A DNA stretch of 64,000 nt, from NCBI GenBank assembly GCA_002633005.1, contig NMRA01000326.1, positions 353,456 through 417,455 of the forward strand, in the 5' to 3' direction. The notes under the pieces were generated by a model. That model saw nothing but the letters and a program-made list of their open reading frames with translations. It was not told the origin of the DNA and did not search any database. Numbering within the stretch: position 1 is the stretch's first letter; every line of letters starts with the position of its first letter. The stretch comes from Phoronis australis (taxonomy: Eukaryota > Animalia > Phoronida). A program made the translations under genes and the position numbers. Shown here in pieces: positions 1-12,600 of the stretch.

Positions 1-470
1 GTTAAGTCCGTACACGCCGTCAGTGTCATTTGTTTCTCTGTTTTGCTGAGATTTGCCCCATCCAGAAGCTTGAATGCTAGAACAGCATCCGGCAAAAACA
101 TGTCATATTTGTGACACTTCTTATTTAAGCCGTCAAAGTCACAAATAAAATCACTAATTGGCTGACCGTCCTTACGCATAAAGGTGTCAAAATTTTTGTA
201 TGCTTCATAAGCATAGTCCTTGCTCTCCTTAAGATAGATCTTGTCTAGTTCTCCCACTAGTGTTATTAGACCGTCTTTTTTCTCTAGGTCCTTGGCCTCC
301 AGTTGCAGTGCAGTTTCCCGCGCTCTCCCTGTGAGAGTTAAACTCACCGCTAGGCCCTGTTTTTCACAAGGTAAATCAGTTACCCTCTTCCACAGTTCTA
401 TCTCTTGCTTCCACTCCTGATAGTTTTCCCCAAACCTAGGTGGGTTCTTGTAGCTAACAGTTGAAGACAT
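1..470 (-). CDS. Gag N-terminus of an LTR retrotransposon (Copia-like, possibly GalEa group); runs off the window start
   Basis: Open frame of 156 codons from ATG at 470: MSSTVSYKNPPRFGENYQEWKQEIELWKRVTDLPCEKQGLAVSLTLTGRARE...YEAYKNFDTF...LPDAVLAFKLL. It starts about 10 nt after a tRNA-iMet PBS. Absent from the ORF track because it is truncated. Confidence 0.8.
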   Translation of the reverse strand, partial: MSSTVSYKNPPRFGENYQEWKQEIELWKRVTDLPCEKQGLAVSLTLTGRARETALQLEAKDLEKKDGLITLVGELDKIYLKESKDYAYEAYKNFDTFMRKDGQPISDFICDFDGLNKKCHKYDMFLPDAVLAFKLLDGANLSKTEKQMTLTACTDL

Positions 471-480
471 TTCAACCTTG

Positions 481-716
481 CTCTGCTACCATGAAAAGTC
501 GTGAGTAAAACAAAGATTGTGCCCAGTTGGCTGTCGAACTAAAAGTGTATTGATATCAACAAATAATAGAATATATACAGAAATGTACAGGAAGTCTATA
601 GGTTCTAGGAATATATGACTAATAGAGTACTGACTACAAAACAGGAACCACTAAACCATAAACAACAACAGGATAGAATATTATGTAACGACAGGATATA
701 AACACATTCCAATACA
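481..716 (-). mobile_element. 5' LTR (492-716, about 225 bp, TGT...CA) and primer-binding site (481-491)
   Basis: Minus strand reads ...CA|TGGTAGCAGAG, complementary to the 3' end of initiator tRNA-Met. The outer LTR boundary (TGTATTGG at 716) is inferred because the second LTR is outside the window. Confidence 0.7.
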
Positions 717-857
717 GTTATCAGATAATATTCTATTTACTCAGATATTCTGGTTTCATCATCTTTTGCAGGGTTATCCCTATTATAATAAAGAACATGT
801 TCCACTGGTAGAACAACTATAAAACAAGATTTAAAAGGCAAGGTATGTGTCAAGGTA

Positions 858-964
858 GCAGTAAGTTTTAAGCTACACAATGTTGTCCTTGAACTTTGTT
901 GACAATGGCTGCAGTAAGTTTTAAGCTACACAATGTTGTGCTTGAACTTTGTTGACAATGGCTG
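858..964. repeat. 53-bp tandem duplication (2 copies)
   Basis: gcagtaagttttaagctacacaatgttgt(c/g)cttgaactttgttgacaatggct at 858 and 911. Confidence 0.9.
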
Positions 965-1503
965 CCTGCGTATTCTGTTGTTAATACTGCAAGGTTTCAG
1001 TAATGTTGAAGTAGTCAAAATTCTTCTGAATTTTGGCAAAAATGATAGTGCAAGCTCCATTAGTGGAACAGAAGTGTCTGATCTATAGCCTATTGTGACT
1101 GCCCAGTCAGAAATCATTTGTCTTGGCTAGTACCAGGTTTACATGAGTGGTGAAATGGTGAAAACGGTTGCATTTTAGTGTTAATATTGTCTACAAATTT
1201 TCCGTTTTCATTTGCAATTAGTTTTCTCATTCGAACATTGCTTTTAATGTGGGAATCGTCAGTCACGTTCTGCTGTAATATTAAAGGCATTAGAAGTGAA
1301 ATTTCCAGATGTTGGGATACACTAGTTTGTGAACAGAGCATAATTTAGCTAATATAAATATAACTTGTACAGTTGAACAAGGCCTCGGTCTAATCTTTGT
1401 ATTCAAAATCGAACTTGAAATTGTCTTTGGCATTTTCGTTTCTACTTTTTTGCAAACCCTTTTATGGTGTTGTTGAGTACCATGCAGGTCACATGCATGA
1501 CTT

Positions 1504-1775
1504 TGCACTTGATGGCCCCAGCATTAATGTTATGAATTCAAATCTGAAATTGGAATCTCGAGTTTTTACTTGAAATCCTGTGTTTTCACTCTAGTTAGTA
1601 GGTTGAATTTTGAGCTCATCAAGTGCAAACATGAACTAGTAACTGATGTGTGCAACGTACTTGAGCACAAAATAATTGTCATCTATCTTGAGTTCATGCA
1701 AACGTAAAACGGTAAAAATGAAAAATAATTTACAGTTCAGTTTCGAGTCAAAGATTAGACCCGAGCCCAGGTCAC
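1504..1775 (+). repeat. Dispersed repeat family; related pieces near 26400-26550, 29650-29880 and 43660
   Basis: Shared tgcacttgatg(g/a)ccccagcatt at 1504, 29652 and 43662; shared ttcgagtcaaa...tagaccc near 1742 and 26524. Confidence 0.7.
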
Positions 1776-1954
1776 TCAAGTCACTGTACACTCGCATAAT
1801 CACTATATGCTGCATAGTCACGCAAGTTACCGTACACTACATAGTCACGCAAGTCACTGTACTTTACAGGGCTTGGAATTTTCCTCTTTTAAGAGGATCC
1901 TCTCTTTGGTTTCGATTTCCTCTTATTTGATTTCCGGTTTCCTTTCTTTCGTCT

Positions 1955-3090
1955 CTTTTTATCATTATTACTTGGTTCGCCAAGTATATTGCTCTGACAC
2001 TATGTTTGTTGTTTTTTTTTTTTGTTTGTTCGCACGATACAGGTCGCAATTTTCGTCCGATCATCACGAAATTTACACATAACACGTACCTCCGGAAGTA
2101 CTGGACGCCTATTGTTTTTCGTCGAAATCGGATCCAAGATGGCGACTGTGGCGGCCATTTTGTTTTCATTTTAAGATTCAAAGGCTTCTGGAGGCTACAA
2201 TTTTTTACGTACAGAGCTGAAAATCAGCACAATGAATGGCCCGGATGTGCATTACATATATGCCGGAAATTGTTTACTTCCGGTTAAAGATGGCGGAAAT
2301 ATCGGCGATCGCGCATGCGCACCTCAATTTTGGCCTAAAAACGTTTTCTCCTGTAGAGGGCGCACTATAAGGCCAATTCCTTTGAAGTTTTACGAATATT
2401 AGTTTTTTNNNNNNNNNNNNNNNNNNNNNNNNNNNNNNNNNNNNNNNNNNNNNNNNNNNNNNNNNNNNNNNNNNNNNNNNNNNNNNNNNNNNNNNNNNNN
2501 NNNNNNNNNNNNNNNNNNNNNNNNNNNNNNNNNNNNNNNNNNNNNNNNNNNNNNNNNNNNNNNNNNNNNNNNNNNNNNNNNNNNNNNNNNNNNNNNNNNN
2601 NNNNNNNNNNNNNNGGCTTTCAGAAGATGTTTTCCATTTTTCGCTAGGACGTCTACTTTTCGAGTTATTTGAGATTTTCTGATAACGCTGTTCCTTTGTT
2701 GAGCGCTCTTGCTGCATTGATGTTGGTTTATCTTCTATTGAACTAGACTGTATCCTATTTCTTATTGATTTATGACATCTAAGTTCGTCATATGAATGTT
2801 GTGATGTTGTTCATCATCGCTACCACCATCATCATATTTGTCATCATCGTCATCATCTTCGTCATCATCTCCGTCGTTGTCTTTTCCGTTAATTTCGCCA
2901 AGTGTCGCTCAAGACTGTAGCCTTTTTCTTACTGATTTCAGACTTCTACGTTCGTCATGTGTATGTTATTATTACTTCTTTTGTTCATCCTCGCCACCAT
3001 CGTCGTCATATTCGTCATCTTCGTCATCATCTTCATCGTCATCTTTTTAGTTAATTTCGCCAAGTTTCGCTCCTCAGAGCGCTTTCATTT
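1955..3090 (+). mobile_element. Non-autonomous interspersed repeat, copy 1 (interrupted by an assembly gap)
   Basis: Colinear similarity to 58045-59070: tttgtttgttcgcac..aggtcgca, ggttaaagatggcggaaatatc, gcgcatgcgcacctcaattttgg, gagattttctgataacgctgttcct, ttaatttcgccaagtgtcgctc, plus a (TCA/TCG)n tract. Confidence 0.8.
2409..2614. other. Assembly gap (N run)
   Basis: Run of N. Confidence 1.
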
Positions 3091-3544
3091 TGATTTTATT
3101 CATGCCAAATGTTTAGTTCAGGTAACTTCTACAAAGCAAGAAAAAATTCTGTCGCACCAGCCAATTTATTTGTGGAATGATACATCATTTGTATCTTCTC
3201 AAAAGTTTTATTAAGATATTGAAGAAATAAACAGCACATGATCGTTCACTAGTTGGATTCTTATCATATTTAACAATTTTGGTGTGAATAGCGCGTTAGA
3301 TTTGAGAACAAAATGAGTTAATTTGACAAGCAAGAATTGATCAAATATAATCAAATTCCTCCTAAAAGAATGGAATGGAATCTAATTCCTAAAAATGTGT
3401 ATTGTTCCACCCTTACAAATTAATCAAAAAGTCATTGTCAAGCCGTGTCTTTAAACCTTTTGCAGTGCTGTTATTTTTGCTAATTTGTTATTAAAAATTT
3501 CTTCTGTAGCTTACTATAAGACAGTGACACATCAACTCAAGGTC

Positions 3545-3623
3545 ATGACCTCACTACTGAAGAGAGCTTTCCACCCTGTTCAGGGAATCAAGAGAAATCT
3601 ATTGAAGATTGTTGGTCAAAATG
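3545..3623 (+). CDS. CHDH: HAD-HAD-CHDH coding exon 1 (mitochondrial targeting peptide)
   Basis: Acceptor ttcttctgtag ends at 3509. Encodes [26 protein letters not shown] (basic, no acidic residues). Phase-1 donor G|gtaggt matches exon 2. Confidence 0.7.
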
Positions 3624-6600
3624 GTAGGTGTGCGTGTGCACGTGCATGTGTAAAGAAATGACCATCAAGATTCTACCATTCTGTATCGTGATCAATGGTT
3701 ATAGTAAATATACTTGTTTCGGTCACAATATGGCGGACATTTGAAAAATAACTTTTCAGCAAAATTTACTTTGCGTTTATCATGGTATGTAGAGTTTATC
3801 CAATACCAAACAACATTTGATAAAATTTTGAGCATTTGCAACAATGTGGTAAGGCTCTGAAAAATAGAAATATGGTTATTTTCACAATTACTTGTCCCAA
3901 ATTGAAGAAATTTTACCGTAGTTTGGGTGTGAACTGTTTTGCCTGGATTGTGACGTGTCAGCGAGATGGTTACTTAATGTAAAGGGAAAAGTATCTGTAC
4001 TATAATTACTGTGTGCCTCAATGGGCAATATTTTCAAAATTACTTGGATGGTTTATATCTGTTATTGTCGTCTCTGCTTATTTTTCATTTCCAGATGGTC
4101 ATTGTGTTTTTACGGTAAAACAACTATGCTATTGTAGGAACACTGTATGCATGTTTTATTAGAGCTAAGGTAATAGTGATAAGCAAAGACATACACAGCA
4201 TCTAAGATAAGTGGCAGATTATACTTGCAGTTAAATAACAATACTAAAAACTAATTTGCTTTTCCTTGGAGATGACCGAAGAAACCTTTCCTATTGATCT
4301 TTGTTTTCACGAGTTTACTAAATGTATTCTTTAGGGATTGGAGGAAGTTGAGGCTTACTGAGGTTGTTTGCTTTTGGTGTCATAAAAAATGGCGTTGTAA
4401 AAAGCAAAAATTTGCTGCAGCAACCAACAACTTTTAAAGTGCCATGTTTTTGATGGAAACATGCAGGCACTTTTGTGATAACCAGTATGTAGAGTTTACG
4501 AAAAATAAATTTGGGCAATACATAACATGTCTACATTTTTGTACAGCCCTTCTGTGTGAGAGGGGGGATGGTGTGTAAGTTGGGGGTTCTTCTTACAAGT
4601 GGGAAACGTAGCAATAGCAATCTTACACCTGAAATTATGTAACTATAAAACCTGAAGCAATCCGTGATCAACAGCAAATGGTGGAGAACCATGAGCATTT
4701 CTCTGCTTTTCACCAAAAGTTCATGCCAAAACTAGAGTCCTGTTTCACTTGTAGTATATTTTGTCTCTGTAAAACCCTGTGGCAAAGCCCCATCCTTACC
4801 TGAATGAAGCAATCCCTCTCATGTAATTAACAGTGTTTTGTGTAACTTACGCAGTTGAATGGTCAAACCACCATAGGCGCGCAGTGTGTCTTTCGGCCAG
4901 TCTTCGCGCAACAGCGCAGTTGGTGGACGATGAACCAGCATCAAAGAAGAAATCACTGGTGATCTTTGACAAAGATGGCACACTGATCTGCCTGCACAGT
5001 ATGTACGGCCCGTGGAGAGACCGCATCGTCAACAAGTGAGTATTCTCTGTATGTCTTGTTCAGTTAAATCGAGGTATGCTATGACTCATTCAGTACGAGT
5101 ATAATATGCAGAAAAACTAGGAGTCATAACTGAACTTACTTGAGATGAAAGGCAGTGCTGGTAAAACACTGCCTTCCCCGTCAGGTAAGTTCAGTAATGA
5201 CTCGTAAGTTTCTGCATATTATGTCTTGTTCAATTCTATGCTCACCCACTTCTGTTCTCTTTGTAGTATAAACCTAAAAAGCTTGGCTGAAGAGAGTTGA
5301 GTAGTTTTGCAGTATTGTATTATGTCATTTTCACAGCATAACTGCCTCATATTTACAAGTTCCTTTACTGACCTGCATGTCCATAACACTTCTTGCAAGA
5401 TTGCTGCAAAGGCTTATAAATTACCTGCATCACACAAATATCAACAAAAAGATTAAAAACTGACTTTTAACAAACACCTTTGTATATTGGTTCAATTTCA
5501 TTCATCGAAAGACAATGATCTTATGCCCGTTCTGTACACTCGTGAAAACACAAGATCATGTAAGTCTTTGCGCAATATCACCTTGCATTACAAGCAAAAC
5601 CCATGATTACACTAGCTTTACATGCGAGATTTTTGCATCTAGGGAACTGAGTTTGTTAACAAAGAAGAAAAATGTGTTATACAGTATATTGAGACAATAT
5701 AAAGTATTGACAATATTCAGAAAAAATTGGTAGAAGAAAGTTTGGAATTCCCAACTAAATTGCTTTTTGAATGATTCTGTGTTTCGTCAAGTCATCTATT
5801 TGCAGACTCCTCCCCAATTTTTAAGCATTTCACATTCTTTTTATGAAGAGTTCTTCACTGAATTTGTTACCATGGCTACCTTCAAAAACTAAGTTTTGAT
5901 TTAGACCAGTTATCATTATGAAATTGTTCTCAAATTGTTTCTTAGTCAAATTGAAAGAAGTGACACTTCATTATTGGTTGAGACCAGACTTGGCTTATCA
6001 CGGTGTGTTATACTGTGTGTGGAGCATGGTCTTAAGGAATTATGAAATGTCAGTTCTGTGGAAATAAGTTGAGACCAATTTTATAGTGGTAAATGGTTTA
6101 CATCAAAAGTTGACAAAACACAGGACAACTAGCAGCAGTGCAATTCACTCATCATGTCTTCTGTATTGCCATCTTTCGTTATGTCGGTTAGATTGCGTCA
6201 TTGTCGGGGGTGTCCCCTTTACTGTGTTCTGGGTCTGCCCCTTAACTCCCTATGCATCTATCTAATGACCTTTTTGTAGCCTCGAGACTAGTAGTGGTCT
6301 GAAGCTAGCGGCTGACTTTGATGAGCGGTTTGGCTACTGCTCCAAGACGGAAAAACTTCGTCCCGGCTTACTAGCAGAAGGAACACATGAGATGCTGAAA
6401 GAAGGTGAACCCTCTTATGCCTGATTTACGCCCCTTGTGAGAGTGCAGTCGCGGATGAACAGTTTGACATCAAATCTTCTGGTGGTGGTTGTCATTTGCA
6501 ATTGTTGGGTCTGTGGAAAGTGTTTTCTTGGGGTCTCCAGGAGTGCATACTTGGTGATGATGTAAACATGTCTAAGAAGTGTGAGATGTCTTTTTAACTG

Positions 6601-9600
6601 CAATTGAGATGGCTGCTCCTTTTTTTGTTCATGTGTGAGATGGCTGCTGCGTTTGTGTTCATGTGTGAGATGGTTGCTGCGTTTGTGTTCATGTGTGAGA
6701 TGGTTGCTGCGTTTGTGTTCATGTGTGAGATGGTTGCTGCGTTTGTGTTCATGTGTGAGATGGTTGCTGTGTTTGTGTTCATGTGTGAGATGGTTGCTGC
6801 GTTTGTGTTCATGTGTGAGATGGTTGCTGTGTTTGTGTGCATGTGTGAGATGGTTGCTGCGTTTGTGTGAGTGTGTGGTTCTTTTTTGTTTATATCAAAG
6901 GATTGGCAAGTGGAAACTTTCAAATTTTGGCAAATGTTAGACATTTATTTCAAGTCTGGTGCATCTTGTATAGTATTCCTGCGAAAGAATTTCACTTGAT
7001 GGAACATTCTGTTTTGGTTTTAGGCTGCCGGCAGTTGCTTGTGGATAAAGGTATTTCAGAAGAGGATGTCCATGAAATAGTGGAAAGTAGCTGGGACTCA
7101 GAGCACGGGGAATGTGAACATGAGTTGAAAACTCTGGGGGATCTCATTGGTTTGTTCAAAACCCTCAGACAGAATGATGTCAAGATTGCCATCTGTACGT
7201 CTGACAGCCGTGAGGTGACCATGAAGTCGATCCAAAAGCTGGGACTGGAGCCTTACGTTGACAAAATCGTGTGCGGCGACGATGCCACCAGTATGCCCAA
7301 ACCTTCGCCACATAATGCGCTGATGATCTGTGACGCCTTGAAGGTTCATCCTTCGGAGGCAGTTGTTGTGGGTGACTCTCTGTCTGACATGCACATGGGC
7401 AAGGATGCCAATCTTGGTGCTTCTATTGCTGTCTCCACTGGTTGCGGCTCCTCCGACTATCTGGAGCCACATTCTGACTTTGTTGTGGATAGATTGAGCG
7501 ATCTGCTACCATTGGTTATCCCTGACCACGGCACAAGTCTAATTGGTAAAACCAAGGCATCCCTGGTGATCTTTGACAGTCACGGAACGTTGCTAGACTT
7601 TAACCACACATGGTCACCTTTTGTCAAAGATGTAGCCCAAAAGTAAGTATTAACTAAGAGTTTTTTCTGTAATCATGCCTGTAATATTTACATGTTGATG
7701 TCTAAAATCATATTTTGCCCTCTGGACTAATTGAAGTGATTTTCCACGTTTCCTTTGTTCATGGTTTTTCAGTTCAGAATTGTTGAGTTCAAAACTCACT
7801 TTATTTTTCTGGGCTTACCTGAGTTATGGACATCTGTCTTTTTGCTATGTAACAACAGCTTAAAAGGGAAATGTATTTTATTCTGAATAAATTTTGCATG
7901 GTTTTTCATGAGTTGTTGTCAGATTAATTTCACAAATAATTCAACAGCAAAAGTAAAGTTATATTCTGTAACGAAGCTAAACAAAAGTCACCCACTTGGA
8001 GCGCTGCTTCTCGTGATGTATTTGGTGGGTTAAAGTCAGTGTGCTATTATAGCGTTCTTCAAATTGTTGGAATAAGAAAAGTTAGTGTGAAATGTCGGGT
8101 CACCAGTGATATCTTTTTGAGCCGAGGCAACACAAAGTGATACCCAGTCATCGTCGTCATCAGACGAAAATTTGCCGGTGCAACCAGTCCATATTAACAA
8201 TTTACACTGGTCTGACTGGGCAGTGCGAACTCTAATCAGCCACCCAACTGCCAGCCAATACTCAGCTCTGTAAACTTGAAGGGTTGGTTAGTTGCCGACT
8301 ATAGCTGTATGAAGACTATTGTACCACTGTGTGTTGAGCTCCATTAGATCCCTAAACTTCACATTGACTACCCGGATATGCTCATCACGTCAACATGTAG
8401 AGCTAACAGACCGGCAGGGCTGCATGCAAAATCTGGTAGTCAACCGACACTCACCTTGTTCGTAGCAGCCGCTAAAGTGGAAAACTTTCAAATAAACGTC
8501 ATTTTAGCATAATTCTCCGCCTTTTGTAACGAAGAAAAGTGTGTCAAAAACATCACACTCGTGGCAAATGTGAGATTCATTAGTATGTTAGAACTGGTAA
8601 ACTGCTGCACTATTTTTACTGCAGTCTCCTTTTAAGTTATTGGTTCAGTGAGAGTCATTGTTTTCATGAATTTAAAAACCTGTTTTACAAAAATATTGAA
8701 GATGCTCTTTCCTGCCTTCTCTTTCTTCCTCCCTCCCTTTCTCCCTCTTCACCCATCCTCTTCCCTCCTCACCTTCCATCTCTATTAGTTACAAATTCGA
8801 TGCTTTCTGATTGATTTGATTGTTGTATAATCTTATATTGTATGGATTCATTATTGCTCAGTCAGTTGCTTTAGTCCCTTTAAGTTGGTCATGTTGCACT
8901 TAGTCCATCCCGTCTCATTGTCATGGTATATGTTAGTCCTTTCTTCTGACAGACTTAATGAAGCCTCTAGCATGGATCTACGTGAAGACATTTATAAAAT
9001 ATTGGGCTACGATTCTACCACTGACCGCATGTGTGATGGTGTGTTGGCTTATGGTACCGAAATGGAGGCTATGGATAAAGTCTCCAATCTGCTGCGGAAG
9101 AAAGGAATCAAGCGATATGATGCCAAACAGGTACTCTTAATGCATTTCGTAAAGTGTGTCAACCCTTATTTCTTCAGGCGCGATGTATTGAGAGCGGAGA
9201 ACGAAAGAAGAGACGGGAAGTTTTTCAAGTTCAATGTGCTTTCTTTACGGGCCAGATCAGAAAGTGAAATGGACATTCGTCCCAGACATAGATACAAAGT
9301 TAGATTTAATAATGGACTTCAGGAATTCATTTTGTATCAATAGGGTTTCAGTGATGCTTGCCAGCTTTACTTGATCAATTTTCATACAGTGACCTCACTG
9401 TTGTTACTCCTACATTTACCGTATTTTTGCAGATGGTGAACACAGCTTGGAACGAGGTGACACGGCCGTGGAAATCTCTAGATGACATTGGTATTCTGTT
9501 CCAGACTTTGCAGCACTATGGCATCAAGATTGCCATCTGCACGTCAGACAGTCGTGAGTGGATGGTGCGGGCGCTGGATCACTTGCACGTCAGTCAGTAT

Positions 9601-12600
9601 GTCGATGCCATCATCTGTGGCGACGACCTAGAGAGTCAGCCCAAGCCGTCACCATACAATGTCGAGCGTATCTGCGAGGAGCTCGACGTTGATGAGTCTA
9701 ACACAGTTCTGGTTGGGGATACAGTTGCTGATGTTGGGATGGGCCGACTAGCTCACGTGGGTAAAGTGATTGGGGTACTGAGCGGGCTGGGAACCAAGGA
9801 CGACCTGCAGAGGCACGCCGATTTGGTATTGCCTAGTGTCAATGATGTGCTGCCTGTCATCCTGCCAGACTGTCACAAAGACTTCATCTCTGGCTTGAAG
9901 ACACAAAGGCCGTGTTACAGCCACTATCTTCTTGGTCAGATGATGAAACCAGCCAGCCTTTCACCAATGCAACGGCATTATTCGACTTCGTCGTCGTCAA
10001 ACGCAACTTACGACTATGTGATTGTTGGAGCTGGTTCGGCTGGCTGCGTGCTGGCCAATCGGCTGTCGGCTGATACCAACAACACTGTGTTGAGCCTGGA
10101 GGCGGGGCCAAAGGACAATACATGGACAATTGATATGCCAGCTGCACTTATGTACAACTTGGCTGATGACAAGTACAACTGGTACTATAAGACAGTACCA
10201 CAAAAACATGTCAATAACCGTGTCATGTACTGGCCACGGGGTCGAGTCTGGGGTGGGTCTTCATCTCTCAACGCCATGGTCTACATACGGGGCCATGCCT
10301 TCGATTACGATCGGTGGGAGCGCCAGGGTGCTGCTGGCTGGTCATATGCTGACTGTCTTCCATACTTTCGCAGATCGCAGACTCATGAGCTGGGAGCAGA
10401 TGACTACCGTGGTGGTGAGGGCCCCCTCTACGTGTCGCGCGGCATCACCAATAACCCTCTTCACGATGCGTACATTGAAGCAGGCCAACAGGCTGGCTAT
10501 GCATACACAGACGACATGAACGGATATCAGCAGGAAGGCTTTGGCCGTATGGACATGACCATTAAGAAAGGTCGACGATGGAACACAGCTAAGGCCTACC
10601 TGCGGCCGGTGCTGGACCGCAAAAATCTCTCCACGGAAGTACGGGCGTTCACAACGAGGATATTGTTCGATGGCAATCGTGCTGTGGGTGTAGAGTATGA
10701 ACAAGGTGGGACACTGAAACAAGTGCGAGCAAATAAGGAGGTGAGGCCGTGCAAAGGGAGATTGAGCTGATGTAGATATTAAAACACTGGCTGAGGGGGC
10801 TATGTAAATCCATCTCCATAATTTCTGAAGAAAAATATCCATTTTTAAGCCTTAAGAATGTCATGCTGGTGGCATTTTTTGCACCCGTTAATCTACCTCC
10901 ACAACTTTCAAGGGACAATGTCTATGCACGCCCTATGAAGGGCATGCTGACGGCGTTTTTAGGCCTCCCCTAAATCTGCCTATGTAAAATGTGGCATTAG
11001 AGGTTTCAAGACTACTGTGCCAATTTATTCCTTCTAGGGATGAAACTACAAATCAAACGGTCATAATATTTATAACAAATGGATAAGACACAAAAATGTG
11101 ATTCGAAAAGCAAATAAAGCTATAAGACAGTACAGTCAACTCGCATTACAGCAAACCCTCTCCTGGTTGTCTATGATGTAACTGAAGTTCACTGTAACCT
11201 AGTCGAATTTTAATCAGTTCAGTTAACCTTGGTACTTGCATAATGGAATGTTACAAAGTATTTTGTGTGTAACTCGGGCTGACTGTGTTTTAGTTACACA
11301 TCTTGTTGATATTATAGGTGATTCTCAGTGGTGGTGCCATTAACTCTCCACAGCTTCTAATGCTGTCTGGTGTGGGCAATGCTGACCATCTGAAAAAATT
11401 GGACATCCCAGTCGTAGCACACCTACCTGGGGTTGGAGAGAACTTACAAGAGCACCTGGATCTCTACATACAGAACGCGTACGTATCATGCCCCTGCTGG
11501 CTGTTGGTAACTCAAGGGGCTTGTAGGGAACTGGGTTACTCTACATAAGTGTCATGCACCTGTGTGTTGGTGGTAACTGAAGGAACTTACTGTATTATAC
11601 GGAATATGTAACTTTCATGCTTTTGCTAGCTGATGGATACAAATGAGCTTGCTGGGAAATTAAACATATGCTGAATGAACAAATTATAATGCCTCTGCTC
11701 TCTGAAGGGTCTTGTGGTGAACTTTGTCCTACTCTATATACGCAGTGCATAAGTATTATATCCTGCTCTATATGCGCAGTGTGTAAGTATCATGTCCTCT
11801 ATATACGCAGTGCATAAGTATTGTATCCTGCTCTATATACGCAGTGCATAAGTATTATATCCTGCTCTATATACGCAGTGTGTAAGTATTATATCCTGCT
11901 CTATATGCGCAGTGTGTAAGTATCATGTCCTCTATATACGCAGTGCACAGGTATCATGTCCTGCTCTAGTATATACATAGTGCACAAGTATCATGTCCTG
12001 CTCTATATACGCAGTGCACAAGTATCATGTCCTGCTCTATATAGGCAGTGCACAAGTATCATGTCCTGCTCTATATACGCAGTGCACAGGTATCATGTCC
12101 TGCTCTATATACGCAGTGCACAAGTATCTTGTCCTGCTTGATGGTGATAACATAACGGTTTGAAGGAAAGTTTGCAATGGCTACAGTGAATATTTTCGAT
12201 TCTGGTGTAGCCAATTTGCGAGGGTATGCGACACAAATTAGGTGAAGATAAGAAAAAATAACATTCTTTACTGGCTGACCTTTCCATCTCGAAGGAGCGA
12301 GTGGTGAAGGGGTGCAAAAATATTTTAAAAATGGCATAATCTTGATGATTCAGTCGTTCTCATCACTACTTGCTGTAGCACTGAAACGATGGTGAATCTG
12401 GCTTCTCATTGGTTTAGAAACACTTTTAGGACATTGATTGGTTGGAAAGAAATCTGACTATCCCATTGGCTGGAAGGTAACATTTGGAAATTCCCATTTG
12501 TTGCTGAGAAATGCCTTGTGAGTTGTGACTGGGGGTTGTTGCTTCAACCAAAGACCAAATTGATGCATTCCACACCAGTTTGTGTTTTGTGATTCACAAT

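Noticed and set aside
926-1508. Chain of short minus-strand ORFs
   Set aside because: Stops in all frames and no recognisable domain; possibly old TE debris.
2274-2717. ORFs spanning N runs (also 49420-49998)
   Set aside because: Artefacts of assembly gaps.
4095-4114. Alternative ATG-containing mini-exon for the fusion gene
   Set aside because: From its ATG it ends in phase 2, incompatible with the phase-1 acceptor at 4855; the 3545 exon fits and encodes a presequence.
6594-6944. Repetitive ORFs ([10 protein letters not shown] / [10 protein letters not shown])
   Set aside because: Translations of an intronic 30-bp minisatellite.
11727-12137. CRISPR-like periodicity (34-bp unit); also the arrays at 25125 and 61242
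   Set aside because: Head-to-tail units with no unique spacers, no cas genes and a eukaryotic context.
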